Sequence record: NC_061444.1
Direction: 5' to 3' (one strand)
Length of the DNA stretch: 64,000 bases
Shown: positions 18,469 through 28,200 of the stretch, piece by piece
Layout of the letters: each line of letters begins with the position of its first letter
How positions within the stretch are numbered: the stretch's first letter is position 1
Position numbers and translations under genes: made by a program
Notes under the pieces: model-generated
Told to the model about the DNA's origin: nothing
The model's database searches: none
The model's input: only the letters and a program-made list of their open reading frames with translations

Positions 18469-19643
18469 GCTGGCAGATACCCGAAGTACAACAGCGTGTG
18501 CGTGTCGAACTTATAGTTCAGGCTGAACGCGTTCAGTGCATTGATGCTACTACCGTGGAATCCCATGTTGTGTCGTTCTTCACGGCCGATGTTACGCAAC
18601 AACTCACGGATGATACGCATGTCGAGTGCGGTGCTAAACTCTTTCTCAACAGGCTTCGCCAGCTTCAAGCTGTCCTGTACGCTACCGCTATCGTTACCAA
18701 ACTTGAGTTTGAACTCTTGCTTCTTAACGAGGAGCTTCGCGTTCGTGTTGCCCTTCTTCTCGATCAGCGTCGAGATGTTAGCGAACGGAGCAGACAGGTC
18801 ACCCTTGATCACACAACCAATCAGCGGCTTACCGAGTTGTGCAATCATGTTGTCCATGTAACGATAGTCTTCATCGCTCGCCTGAATAGGAGGCAGTGTC
18901 AGAACGAACGACTCGGCCTCAGCAGCAAACGAGCTACTGTCTACGTGGAACGTTACCTTTTCTTCACCACAGAAGCGATACACCAGATCGAACATCTCGC
19001 CTGTCATACTGAAACGGAACGGCTTCACTTTCTTTTTCAGCGCAGCACGATAACGAGATGAAGTCCAGTGACCAGGACTGACGAGGCTCAGGCTCTCACC
19101 GTCACAGATAACACGACACATCACGGTCTGCCCTGTGATCGTATCTTTCAAACGAGTCAGCTTAACGCCCTGAGTCATCGCGTCGATTACTTCACGCGTC
19201 ATCTCATGGCCGCCTTCGATATGGTGATGCAGACCCTGTTCAACCATTGGAATCTGTTCGTCTGACACAGGACGCAGTTTCACTTCTGCTTTGTACTTGC
19301 CTTTCTGTTCGCTGATGTTCAGCGTCTTACCGTCGAACTCAACGTTCAGTTCTTTACGCTTACTGATCAGGCCGGTCAACTGAATCGGATCGATGTTCAT
19401 AACCGTATCAGCGTCGGCAGTCGCACCAGGAACCAGATACGCAACAAACGTATCAGGAGTACGGCCGAGAACGAACACGTCAGACTTGTAGGTGACCAGC
19501 AGATGAATGTGCGTCAGCTTGTCGTCCGACTCAGAGAAACGCGTTACGCTATCAACACGTTTAAGAATATCTGACAGGAAAGTACCGTTCAGCGTTAAGC
19601 TGCATTTCTTAGCGGGGTTCTTCGGTAATCGACAAGTCTTCAT
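18465..19643 (-). CDS. dnaN: DNA polymerase sliding clamp, bacterial beta (DnaN)-like
   Basis: 392 aa (beta-clamp size), repeated helix/strand pattern, LSDILKRVDSV start and terminal YFGYLP; two genes from the polymerase; DnaX-like loader in window. Confidence 0.55.
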   Translation of the reverse strand: MKTCRLPKNPAKKCSLTLNGTFLSDILKRVDSVTRFSESDDKLTHIHLLVTYKSDVFVLGRTPDTFVAYLVPGATADADTVMNIDPIQLTGLISKRKELNVEFDGKTLNISEQKGKYKAEVKLRPVSDEQIPMVEQGLHHHIEGGHEMTREVIDAMTQGVKLTRLKDTITGQTVMCRVICDGESLSLVSPGHWTSSRYRAALKKKVKPFRFSMTGEMFDLVYRFCGEEKVTFHVDSSSFAAEAESFVLTLPPIQASDEDYRYMDNMIAQLGKPLIGCVIKGDLSAPFANISTLIEKKGNTNAKLLVKKQEFKLKFGNDSGSVQDSLKLAKPVEKEFSTALDMRIIRELLRNIGREERHNMGFHGSSINALNAFSLNYKFDTHTLLYFGYLPA

Positions 19644-19902
19644 CTCTATCCTCTAAAACAAATTGTAGTGTGCCCTGTATATTTACAGCATTCAGGCGCT
19701 TGCCGGACGCTGCAATCAGGCCATTCAGAATGCCAACGAAGTCAGCACTGTAACATTCAGGTGCAATCTGGTGAACGTAGATATCATCAGGTACATCGCC
19801 TGGGTTAAGCTGCCAAGCAGTACGCAAGGCAGCACCCATGAATGCCGGACGTTCTACCAGATGCTTGTTCAGGAACGAACATACATCTTCTGCCGTCATC
19901 AT
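19609..19902 (-). CDS. Hypothetical protein
   Basis: 97 aa, ATGA overlap with polymerase stop. Confidence 0.65.
   Translation of the reverse strand: MMTAEDVCSFLNKHLVERPAFMGAALRTAWQLNPGDVPDDIYVHQIAPECYSADFVGILNGLIAASGKRLNAVNIQGTLQFVLEDRDEDLSITEEPR
19680..19688 (-). promoter_or_regulatory. Putative phage promoter motif A (CTGTAAATA)
   Basis: Exact motif 37 nt upstream of clamp start. Confidence 0.5.
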
Positions 19903-22900
19903 TTCTTCGCAATCCCCTTAAGTGCCATTTTAAGCATGGATTTACTGATCTTGATTTTCTTCTGGCCCGTTGCGCCAGCAGCAGCGGCTTTCTTCTTCGC
20001 TTCCTCTGCTTCGTATGCTTCGAACTTCTTAACGTTCTTCGGAAGTTCTTTGAGCCATTCTTCGACGTTCTTCTTGTCTTTGTTGGTGAGAGGATTAACT
20101 TTATCCATGCTGCGAATCTTAATGCCATTCGCCCACAGTTGTTTCTTCATCCAATCAGACATGAGGTGATACTGATCTTCCATAATGGAGTCAGTTGTCT
20201 TCTCAACGTCTAGGTCAGGTTCGTTAAGCTCGTCGCGTTTAATCTCCAGACCTTTCTTGATAAGTTTACGCAGACCAACATAAGAGAAGTCCCAACCGCC
20301 AACGTCTTTTTCAGACGCACCAATTTCGAAGTCGATCTCAGGCACCGACGTGAACTCAAACCCTGGATGACGCTTCTGTACTTTCTCAACCACAGCGCTT
20401 GTCATAGCACGTTCGATCATATCAAGTGCAAGGAAGATCCACTTGTAATCACAGTCAACGGTTAAGGAGTCATGTACAGATACGTTCATATCAAAGTCAG
20501 GGTACTCGCCGTTCGCTTTCCAGTAATCGTACTTCATGCGGTCCAGAATACGAATCGCGGACATCATCAAGTCAGAACCGAAACCCTGTACTGGACTGTT
20601 TACTGCACGACGATCACACGCAGCATGTACCATGTTCGCTTCTTTGTGCGACTCAGGTAACATCAAGCCCCACAAATGACGACGACGACCAACAGGCGAT
20701 TCGACGAAGAAGTTCTCATGCGCAAACTTCTTAATCTTATCGAACCACTTCAAGCCTACAGGGAATCGTGTCAAGAACTTGTCTTTGATCTCTGCAATCT
20801 CTTTCACATCACGACCAGTAGACTTAGCAAGACCTTTATCACCCTGCTGATAAATCAGGCCGAAGATAACTGTCTTAACCGCGTTACGTACGGACTTGGT
20901 TACGTCCATTACGTTTGGAATACCGAAGAAGTATGCGGCGTTGATTTTGTGAACGTCACCTTCTGCTTCGACGCGGTGTCCTACCCACGGGTCTGGTACT
21001 GTACGATAACGATGACGCAACGTTCGACCCTGTTCGAATACGTCTGCTACGCCTTGGTCACCCGAGATGATTGACCAACCACGAACTTCGTGCGCTGAGT
21101 AGTCGACCTTGATTAACAGGCGATTCTTACGCGCAATCAGAATACGTTTGATCAGTTTACCCATCTCACTACGCGACGGTACCTGTTGCAAGTTCGGGTC
21201 AGATGCAGAAGTACGTCCCGTTACAACTCCGAGGTAGCCATACGTCGGTCTGATTGAACGGTCGTGTTTGAAGTCTTCTGATTCTCCCCAGAGCTTGAGC
21301 AAGCTGTTAACGTAGGCGTTCTTGAGCTTGTACGCTTTTCCGAGTTTGGTATATAACGCAACAAGAGGCACATCCTTATACGCCTCCTGGAAGTCCTTGT
21401 CGAGTTTGCCCGACTTCTTACCGTTCTCACGTAATTGCTCGCTCTCTTTCAGTGGCTTGAGTTTCATCACGTCAAAGAACAGAATCTGTTTGTGTTCTGC
21501 TTTCGACATATCGAACTTGGTCACTTCGACTTTGCCCATAAGACCCATCTTAGGAACATTGTCGTCTTTGCAAATAACCTTGTTCGCAGCCTTAACTTCA
21601 GGGCTGTTCATGAACTCGCGCTCTACGTTTCGAATCTCCTCGTTAATCGGAGAGTTCGGCAGGTTGAGCTTAAACAGGTAGTCGATATCAGCGCCAGCAC
21701 CTGTTGTCTCAAGTATCGAGAACGCATGAATCTGGTCTGAGATTTGCTCACTGACCATAGACTCATACTTACCGTACTTGATATCGTTCGCTCGAAGCAT
21801 CTGCTTCTCTGCGATGCGGAACGGTACGATAACGTCTAGGCCAGCATACTCCTGAACTGACTCGTCGAGGTCAACGTCTGCAATCGTTGCTCGCATCTCT
21901 TTACCGAACGATACTTCGTGATACACCTGACAGCCAAACTGCATTGTCAGGTTCGCTAAGTTGTAGTAACCGTTACCAGTTACCATCAACAGCGACTTGG
22001 CGTTTTCATCGAACGCGAACTCACCAGCCTGAATATCCCAGACGTTCGCAGCGTAACTACGAATGCCAAAGTTAGAGCGCATTACGTTCAGGTCGAACTT
22101 CGCGTTGGTGTAGATCTGATACTTGTTCTCGTTGTCCTCGAAGTAATCTTTGAACAACTCGCGTACCTTACGCAACTCCTTAGGACTGAATGGACTATCA
22201 CGATGATAGATTGGAATGACATACGCCTTCTGACCATCAGAGGATAACTGCACCGTCAAGATTTTATTCTTGATACGATTCAGGTTCTCTGTTTCGGTAT
22301 CGACTGCAACCTTCTTGGCGCGCTTCATACGCTTCAAGATTTTCTCAAGCTGCTTGACCTTCGTTACATACACGAGGTCCCAGTTACGCTTCTTACCACA
22401 CGTAACTTCGTCGATCTTATAGCGCATCCCTTTGTTCAACCACGGCAACATCCAACGTGCCATGTAACCGAGAGTATACGATGAACCGCTAATGTGCATC
22501 GGGTTCAATACGGTGTGATAGCTAACGTTCGGCAGATGAATGAAGCTGTGCTTCTTGCCGTCGTGCTTGAGCTTTGTAGGAATCTCAACACCGTACCAGT
22601 GCTCGTAGTGATCTTTCGAGAACTGAATCTTATCGTTGTTCAACGCTTTGAACGGCGCTTTACCAAACGTCAGTACGTAATCAGGCTTGTAGTCAACAAT
22701 CAGATCACGAATGCGATTAGCGAACGCTTGGTCTGCGTCCTCTTTGAACTGTTCACCCTTGTCATACGTCTTGAACATATTGTACGAGACAACAAGGAAG
22801 TTCCAGTCGTCGAGTGTGGTCTTTGTCGGGAACACGTCTTCGAGATACTGAATCTGGTTGAGGAACAATTCTCCTTCTGTGCTACTGAATATCTTACCGT

Positions 22901-23063
22901 TACGCAAGTCATCAGTCGGCATGTGATCGAGGACGAGTAGGGCTTTACCACCCTTGGCGCTTTTGCTTACGCCTTTTAGTATTCGAACACCGTCGTATGT
23001 CTGCTGTTCAGCAAACTGTTCAGGTGGATCGAAGTCAAGAGCTACGTGCTTGATTTTCACCAT
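19899..23063 (-). CDS. polA: Family A DNA polymerase with 3'-5' exonuclease and N-terminal UDG-like domain
   Basis: VAVDTETE (ExoI), NAKFD (ExoII), TGRTSASDPNLQQVP, DYSAHEVR (A), RNAVKTVIFGLIY (B), VHDSL (C). Confidence 0.93.
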   Translation of the reverse strand: MVKIKHVALDFDPPEQFAEQQTYDGVRILKGVSKSAKGGKALLVLDHMPTDDLRNGKIFSSTEGELFLNQIQYLEDVFPTKTTLDDWNFLVVSYNMFKTYDKGEQFKEDADQAFANRIRDLIVDYKPDYVLTFGKAPFKALNNDKIQFSKDHYEHWYGVEIPTKLKHDGKKHSFIHLPNVSYHTVLNPMHISGSSYTLGYMARWMLPWLNKGMRYKIDEVTCGKKRNWDLVYVTKVKQLEKILKRMKRAKKVAVDTETENLNRIKNKILTVQLSSDGQKAYVIPIYHRDSPFSPKELRKVRELFKDYFEDNENKYQIYTNAKFDLNVMRSNFGIRSYAANVWDIQAGEFAFDENAKSLLMVTGNGYYNLANLTMQFGCQVYHEVSFGKEMRATIADVDLDESVQEYAGLDVIVPFRIAEKQMLRANDIKYGKYESMVSEQISDQIHAFSILETTGAGADIDYLFKLNLPNSPINEEIRNVEREFMNSPEVKAANKVICKDDNVPKMGLMGKVEVTKFDMSKAEHKQILFFDVMKLKPLKESEQLRENGKKSGKLDKDFQEAYKDVPLVALYTKLGKAYKLKNAYVNSLLKLWGESEDFKHDRSIRPTYGYLGVVTGRTSASDPNLQQVPSRSEMGKLIKRILIARKNRLLIKVDYSAHEVRGWSIISGDQGVADVFEQGRTLRHRYRTVPDPWVGHRVEAEGDVHKINAAYFFGIPNVMDVTKSVRNAVKTVIFGLIYQQGDKGLAKSTGRDVKEIAEIKDKFLTRFPVGLKWFDKIKKFAHENFFVESPVGRRRHLWGLMLPESHKEANMVHAACDRRAVNSPVQGFGSDLMMSAIRILDRMKYDYWKANGEYPDFDMNVSVHDSLTVDCDYKWIFLALDMIERAMTSAVVEKVQKRHPGFEFTSVPEIDFEIGASEKDVGGWDFSYVGLRKLIKKGLEIKRDELNEPDLDVEKTTDSIMEDQYHLMSDWMKKQLWANGIKIRSMDKVNPLTNKDKKNVEEWLKELPKNVKKFEAYEAEEAKKKAAAAGATGQKKIKISKSMLKMALKGIAKK

Positions 23064-23100
23064 CTAGTCCTATCAGAGTGTATCACAATTCGATGGCTGT

Positions 23101-23109
23101 TATTTACAG
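23101..23109 (-). promoter_or_regulatory. Putative phage promoter motif A (CTGTAAATA)
   Basis: Exact motif between a terminator and the polymerase start (38 nt). Confidence 0.55.
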
Positions 23110-23121
23110 ATTCCGAAACGC

Positions 23122-23148
23122 AAAAAGGGCAGCCGAAGCCACCCTTTT
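23122..23148 (-). terminator. Rho-independent terminator (repeated family)
   Basis: GGGTGGC-TTCG-GCTGCCC-TTTTT. Confidence 0.8.
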
Positions 23149-23151
23149 GGA

Positions 23152-24138
23152 TTAAAGTTTACGCAGACCTTTCTTAATCGCAGCATTGACTTGCGCTGCT
23201 GACGGGTCTTTCGTTGCAAACAGATCGATAACGTTCGTGATTGAGTCCAGCTCGCCAAGATGAATCTGGACGTTCTGCACTTTCTTCAAGTGGTCAGCGA
23301 TGAATGTCATCAGCCAGCCCTTCTGCTTCATGACAACAGCAACTTCAAGGTCCTTGTATGAGAACGAGAACTTATTGCCGGTAGCATGAAGCAATTTCGC
23401 AGCACCCGGAATAGGCTCGACAGCGCGGATAAACTCCGGCGCATACTGTCGGGCAGTCTTAGTGCGTAAGACAGAGTACGCTGGGTCAAACGTCCGCAGC
23501 TTGCTCTTAACTTTAGGCTTAGACCCAGGAGTACCGCCAGTCTGTTTCTGATCTGGGTTCTGCGTCCACGTCAGACCTTCATCCAGACAGTTCTGGCCGG
23601 TCATAGCTTCCTGAATGATGACACGCTTATCTTTGCCTGTCTCAACATTCTTCTCAGCTTCTGCCTCGGTCTTGAACGGACCTTTGACGATGATATCGTT
23701 GGCGTGACGAGTGTGGTCGATAACGTACCACTTGTTGCGTTCGATCTTACCGTTCGCGTCTACGGTGTTAGCGCGTACAGGACGGGTCGTTTTCGCAGGC
23801 GCGTTCTGCTGAATAGCGACAGGCTTGATCTTGATTGCACGAAGACCGTTGATCGTAGCCACCAGCGTCTTGGCTTTATACAAGTTCTTCATCGCAGTGA
23901 CAAGATTCTTGCCAGCAGCTTTCTTGGCCAATGCGGTGGTTGCATCAGCATCGTTCAGTACGTCGAGAACGGCAGACAGCTTTGCAGTGTCCAGTTCTTT
24001 GATCTTCACCAGCTCGTCGATCTTCTTAACGATAAGTTTTGCGTTCTTACCGAAGAGGATTTCAGCATTGGCGATCTGCTTCTTGTTGGCTGCGGAGACT
24101 GATACCACCGCGCCTGAAGGTAGAGTGATTTCGTGCAT
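23152..24138 (-). CDS. Basic Lys/Ala-rich protein, putative internal head protein
   Basis: 328 aa; N-terminus MHEITLPSGAVVSVSA carries the shared S-x-S-A motif. Confidence 0.5.
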   Translation of the reverse strand: MHEITLPSGAVVSVSAANKKQIANAEILFGKNAKLIVKKIDELVKIKELDTAKLSAVLDVLNDADATTALAKKAAGKNLVTAMKNLYKAKTLVATINGLRAIKIKPVAIQQNAPAKTTRPVRANTVDANGKIERNKWYVIDHTRHANDIIVKGPFKTEAEAEKNVETGKDKRVIIQEAMTGQNCLDEGLTWTQNPDQKQTGGTPGSKPKVKSKLRTFDPAYSVLRTKTARQYAPEFIRAVEPIPGAAKLLHATGNKFSFSYKDLEVAVVMKQKGWLMTFIADHLKKVQNVQIHLGELDSITNVIDLFATKDPSAAQVNAAIKKGLRKL

Positions 24139-24147
24139 TGCTGTTCC

Positions 24148-24696
24148 TTATCGTTTCTTGGTCCAGTTGTTCTGCTTCACTGGAGCGGGTGCGGGTGCGG
24201 TGTTCTCTTCGGAGATTTCGTCTTCTTCGACTTCATCTTCGTCATCCTGCTCAGGCTCAGGTTCAGCTTCTTTGACAGGAGCAGGAACAATCACTGAGGC
24301 AGCGAGAGGCGCTTGAGACACAGTATTTACAGTAGCGACAGGCTCTGCTTCTGCGGCCTTACGCGCTTCTGCTACTTCGCCTACAGCATGTGCGTGAATC
24401 ACATCCACAGTAAGCAGCGCACCCTTCTCTTTCAGGATAGCATCTGCTTTCTCTTGATCCCACTGATCCCAAATGATATCAAGAGTCTTGTAGCCGTAGT
24501 TCATGCCCTTAGGCAGCTTACCACGACCGTTGAAAGGCAGACCGTTAGAAGGAGTAGCTGGCTCGAACTCGTCCATCATCTCCCACTTACGTTTTGCCTC
24601 GATACACTTCGGACCCCAGACACCATCGCAGGCGCCGTCGTACAGACCCATCATAGTCATGATGACCTGTAGCTTCTGATAGAACTTGTTGAGCAT
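24148..24696 (-). CDS. Peptidoglycan-binding domain protein with Pro/Glu-rich tail
   Basis: LQVIMTMMGLYDGACDGVWGPKCIEAKRKW matches the PG_binding_1 pattern. Confidence 0.6.
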   Translation of the reverse strand: MLNKFYQKLQVIMTMMGLYDGACDGVWGPKCIEAKRKWEMMDEFEPATPSNGLPFNGRGKLPKGMNYGYKTLDIIWDQWDQEKADAILKEKGALLTVDVIHAHAVGEVAEARKAAEAEPVATVNTVSQAPLAASVIVPAPVKEAEPEPEQDDEDEVEEDEISEENTAPAPAPVKQNNWTKKR

Positions 24697-24707
24697 GATG
24701 GCCTCGA

Positions 24708-25160
24708 TCAGGCTGACTTTGGCAGAGGAGGAAGTGGCTTCCCGTTAACGCGATTAAAGATTCGAGATGCACCGATACCGTCAGAGTTATACTGCTTACT
24801 GGCCTGACGGAACTCCATAGGATGCTTCTCAATCCAATCGAGAACGTTCTGCATCTGAGCAGCGGTAATGACTTTCGCCTGCACACGCTTCTGTAAGTAC
24901 AAGCGAATGCCGTGACCTGTAGCACCGCTGGTGCTTTCGACAGAGCTAACACTGCGAATAACGCTGGTAGCAGCTTTGGCTGGAGACAGACCTTTAGCAA
25001 TCAGGTCTTTCAGCTTCTTAGGGTCGGAGTTCAGAAGTTTGATGCAGTCGTTGTACTGCGTCTGGGTGATCTTACCTGCTTTCTTACGCGCAGCAAGTTC
25101 GTTCCATAAAGAGGAACGCCCAACAACTGCGGCACTTAAACTGATAGTGATTTTAGCCAT
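24708..25160 (-). CDS. Basic protein, putative internal head protein
   Basis: 150 aa; N-terminus MAKITISLSA; two similar helical repeats (ITQTQYNDCIKLL / ITAAQMQNVLDWI). Confidence 0.5.
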   Translation of the reverse strand: MAKITISLSAAVVGRSSLWNELAARKKAGKITQTQYNDCIKLLNSDPKKLKDLIAKGLSPAKAATSVIRSVSSVESTSGATGHGIRLYLQKRVQAKVITAAQMQNVLDWIEKHPMEFRQASKQYNSDGIGASRIFNRVNGKPLPPLPKSA

Positions 25161-25181
25161 GACATACTTTCCCTATTGGTG

Positions 25182-25199
25182 AAGGGGCCGAAGCCCCTT
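25182..25199 (-). terminator. GC hairpin, possible weak terminator
   Basis: AAGGGGC-TTCG-GCCCCTT after SNF2 stop; poor U-tract. Confidence 0.45.
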
Positions 25200-25204
25200 A
25201 CCTT

Positions 25205-28200
25205 TTAGACTGATTTGTTTTTCGACGCGGTCAGTTTCAACTTGTCGATACCCTGAATCGCTTTCTTGATGTTCGTGATGGTGTAGCCAGCTTTCGCAAT
25301 CTTGTTGATTCGAGCTTTCGCACCAGCAGCGTTTTTCACGAAGCCGATCCACATACCCGGTGACAGGTCGAACGTACCGAACTTACGAGTGTTAGGCACT
25401 TTCGTTCCGACGAAGCGTTTCATCTGCGGGTTAGTTTTCAGGTCAAACATAATACGCAGACGATCTTCCATCACCATTGGATATGCCTTGACGTGTTTCT
25501 TGTCAGTGGCAGTCTTATGACGCACGAGGAAGAACTGCTGCAACTGAGACTGCAACTTAACGGCCAGTTTGTAGTTGAAGCCCATGCGAGCGTGTGTCTC
25601 GTCGAAGCTATCCTGAATGAACTCCAGACGCTTCTCGGACATGCGGTCGAATGACAGTCGTTTCCCTTCGATGAAGTCGAGCATTGCAACGAAGTCATCA
25701 TAGTACGCACAGTCGTAGTAGACGTAATCACCGAACTCGGTGAAGTCGAAACTTTTCAGAGCTTTCGCATCAGGGTCAGTCGCGTCAGCATACAGAGCAA
25801 CGAATCCGTTGTACACTGTAGGCGTCAGCTCCAGCGCCATATCAGCGCCGCCCATATCGTCTACCGCAGTGATGGCACCAGGCTTAGCACGACGAGTAGT
25901 GTTGTCCAACACTTTCAGTTCAGACGGCTTACGGCGACGAACTTTCTTGGCAGCTTCCTCAACACCTTCGTTGATTGGCTTACCTTCTTCCTTGTTCGCA
26001 ACACGCTTGGCAACACGAGCAGCTTTACGCGCTTGTGCTTCCACCTTCTTCTCTGTCTCTTTCGTGTCGGCAGTCTGCGTTTCGTCGAGAACGGTGTCTT
26101 CAACTTCAACACGGTTCGCTTCGGCATTAGCACGTTTGCGGTCTTTCTCATTCGCCCACGGCTTACGCTGTTCGAAGAAACGTTTCAGGTCGTTCTTGTC
26201 TACCTTAGTAGCGATGTGAACTTTCGTCGCAGGAATCGCAACAGTCTCACCAGTACCAGCCAGACGAACACGAACGGTGCTGATAGGGCTATCGCCGCGC
26301 AGCTTACCATCAACCATACGAACAGTCACAGACACAACAACACCGTTACCGAACTCAGTCACGACAGGTGCACGATTCAGAGAATCTTTCAGCCCTTCGC
26401 CGCTAGTGAAGTTACGGTTACGTGCCCAGTCCAGAATACGCTCAGTGCCCCAGCCATTACGATCAGGGATCTTCTGGTTGGCAACGAGAGGCGTCTGCTC
26501 CATAACACGGAAGTCAGTCAGAGCTGGAGTAGCTGGCAGCGCTTGCATTGCTGCAATCGTTGTCTTACGCATCTCTTGGAACTCTTGTGACTCGATTTCG
26601 TTCAGGTCACGCTTCGCATAGAAGTATTCCCGGAAGTCATCCATCGTGTTGTTATCGATCAGCAGCTTCGCGCTCATTTTGATCGGGTCCAGTTTGTACT
26701 GGTCGAGTGCTTCGTAGCGCTGGTTGCCTTTCTCGTCGAAGCGAGTCTTCTCCAGAGTCTTCCACATCAGACGTGCAACCTTACCAACTTCTAAGGTCTT
26801 GTTCGTCATAACCCAGTCGATGAACACAACTTCACGAGCCATGTCGCCCGGCTTACCGTTCTCATCCAGCTTCGCAGCAGCAACGTCAGGACGGAAGATA
26901 CGCGCAGTAGACTGATCGTAAGTACCAGGTGACCACGGAGTATCGCAGCGGATGATACGGCTACCCATCTGCATGTTGTGGCCTTCGGAGATTGCCTGTT
27001 CGTTCGCAATCAGAATCTGAACGTTGTTGTCAGTTTTGAATGCGTCGAGGTTAGCGTCTTTGTTCTGGCCGAGCTTACCAACTTCACCGTGATACACCAC
27101 AGCAACTTTCTTGTAGTTAGCTGGCAGTGCATTGTAGATGGCGTTAGCAGCACGAACGTAACGCGTAAAGACAATCAGTTTACCCTGCACTTCCGGTTTC
27201 CAGTAGTCTGGATCATCCGGCGGCGGAGTCATTGAAGGAGGCAGCACTTGACGCTTGAACTCTTCGGACTGCTTACGTGCCAAATACTTCTGACCGTTAT
27301 AGACAGCAATGTCCAGTTCACGCGGCTCTACGCCCGGCTTCCATTCGAAGATCTGTTGCTCACCCACCATCGGGTCACGCTCAGGCTGCACTTCAAAGTG
27401 CTTCTTGATACGGTCGATAATGGTCAGTACCTTGGCAGAGGTGAAGTGCGTAACGCCCGCAGCTTCAAACGTCATACGTGCAACGTCATCACCCATTGGG
27501 TCGGTCAGCATCATCTCCATACGCTGGAAGTACATGTTCAGGTCAGCGTTACCTGCAAGCAGTGCGCCCAGGTCATCGCCTTCTTCAATCTCGTCTTCGT
27601 CGATATCAGAAGCGCTATCGCTATCACCGCCACCAGCTTCGTCGTCATCGTCGTCGCTACTGCCACCAGATTTACGCTTCGCAGCCTTAGCAGCTTCGTC
27701 CAACTTCTCCAACACTTCTGCGTACATTGCGTTGTACACTTCTTGGTGCAGAGCAGAGTTAGGAACTGACGGGTCATCGATCTCAACCTGAATGAAGGTG
27801 TCAATCGGGTTCGGCAGCATGAACGCCCAGTGCTTACGCTTGAACGAGATGAACGCTGTATGGTTTGCCATACGTGAGTGCGCACGACGAATCATTTCGA
27901 TATCGTCTTTCGCGCCGTCATACGCAACATCCAGTGAGTCACCGAACATCGCAGGCGTCATCAGTGCAGCCTGACCAACGATATCACGCACACGGTCAGT
28001 CACCAGCGTACCGGTAGCGATACGTGCATAGCGAACAGACGGAGCAGTGAAGACCGCTTTGGTGTTGAAGTGAACCTGAGAACCAGATTGACCACCAGAG
28101 AAGTTCTTAACTTTGTGCGATTCATCGAGCAGCACGTAGCTGAACTTGAAGCGGTTAACGAACTCTACAGCACCACGCACACGAACACGCACACCGCCGA

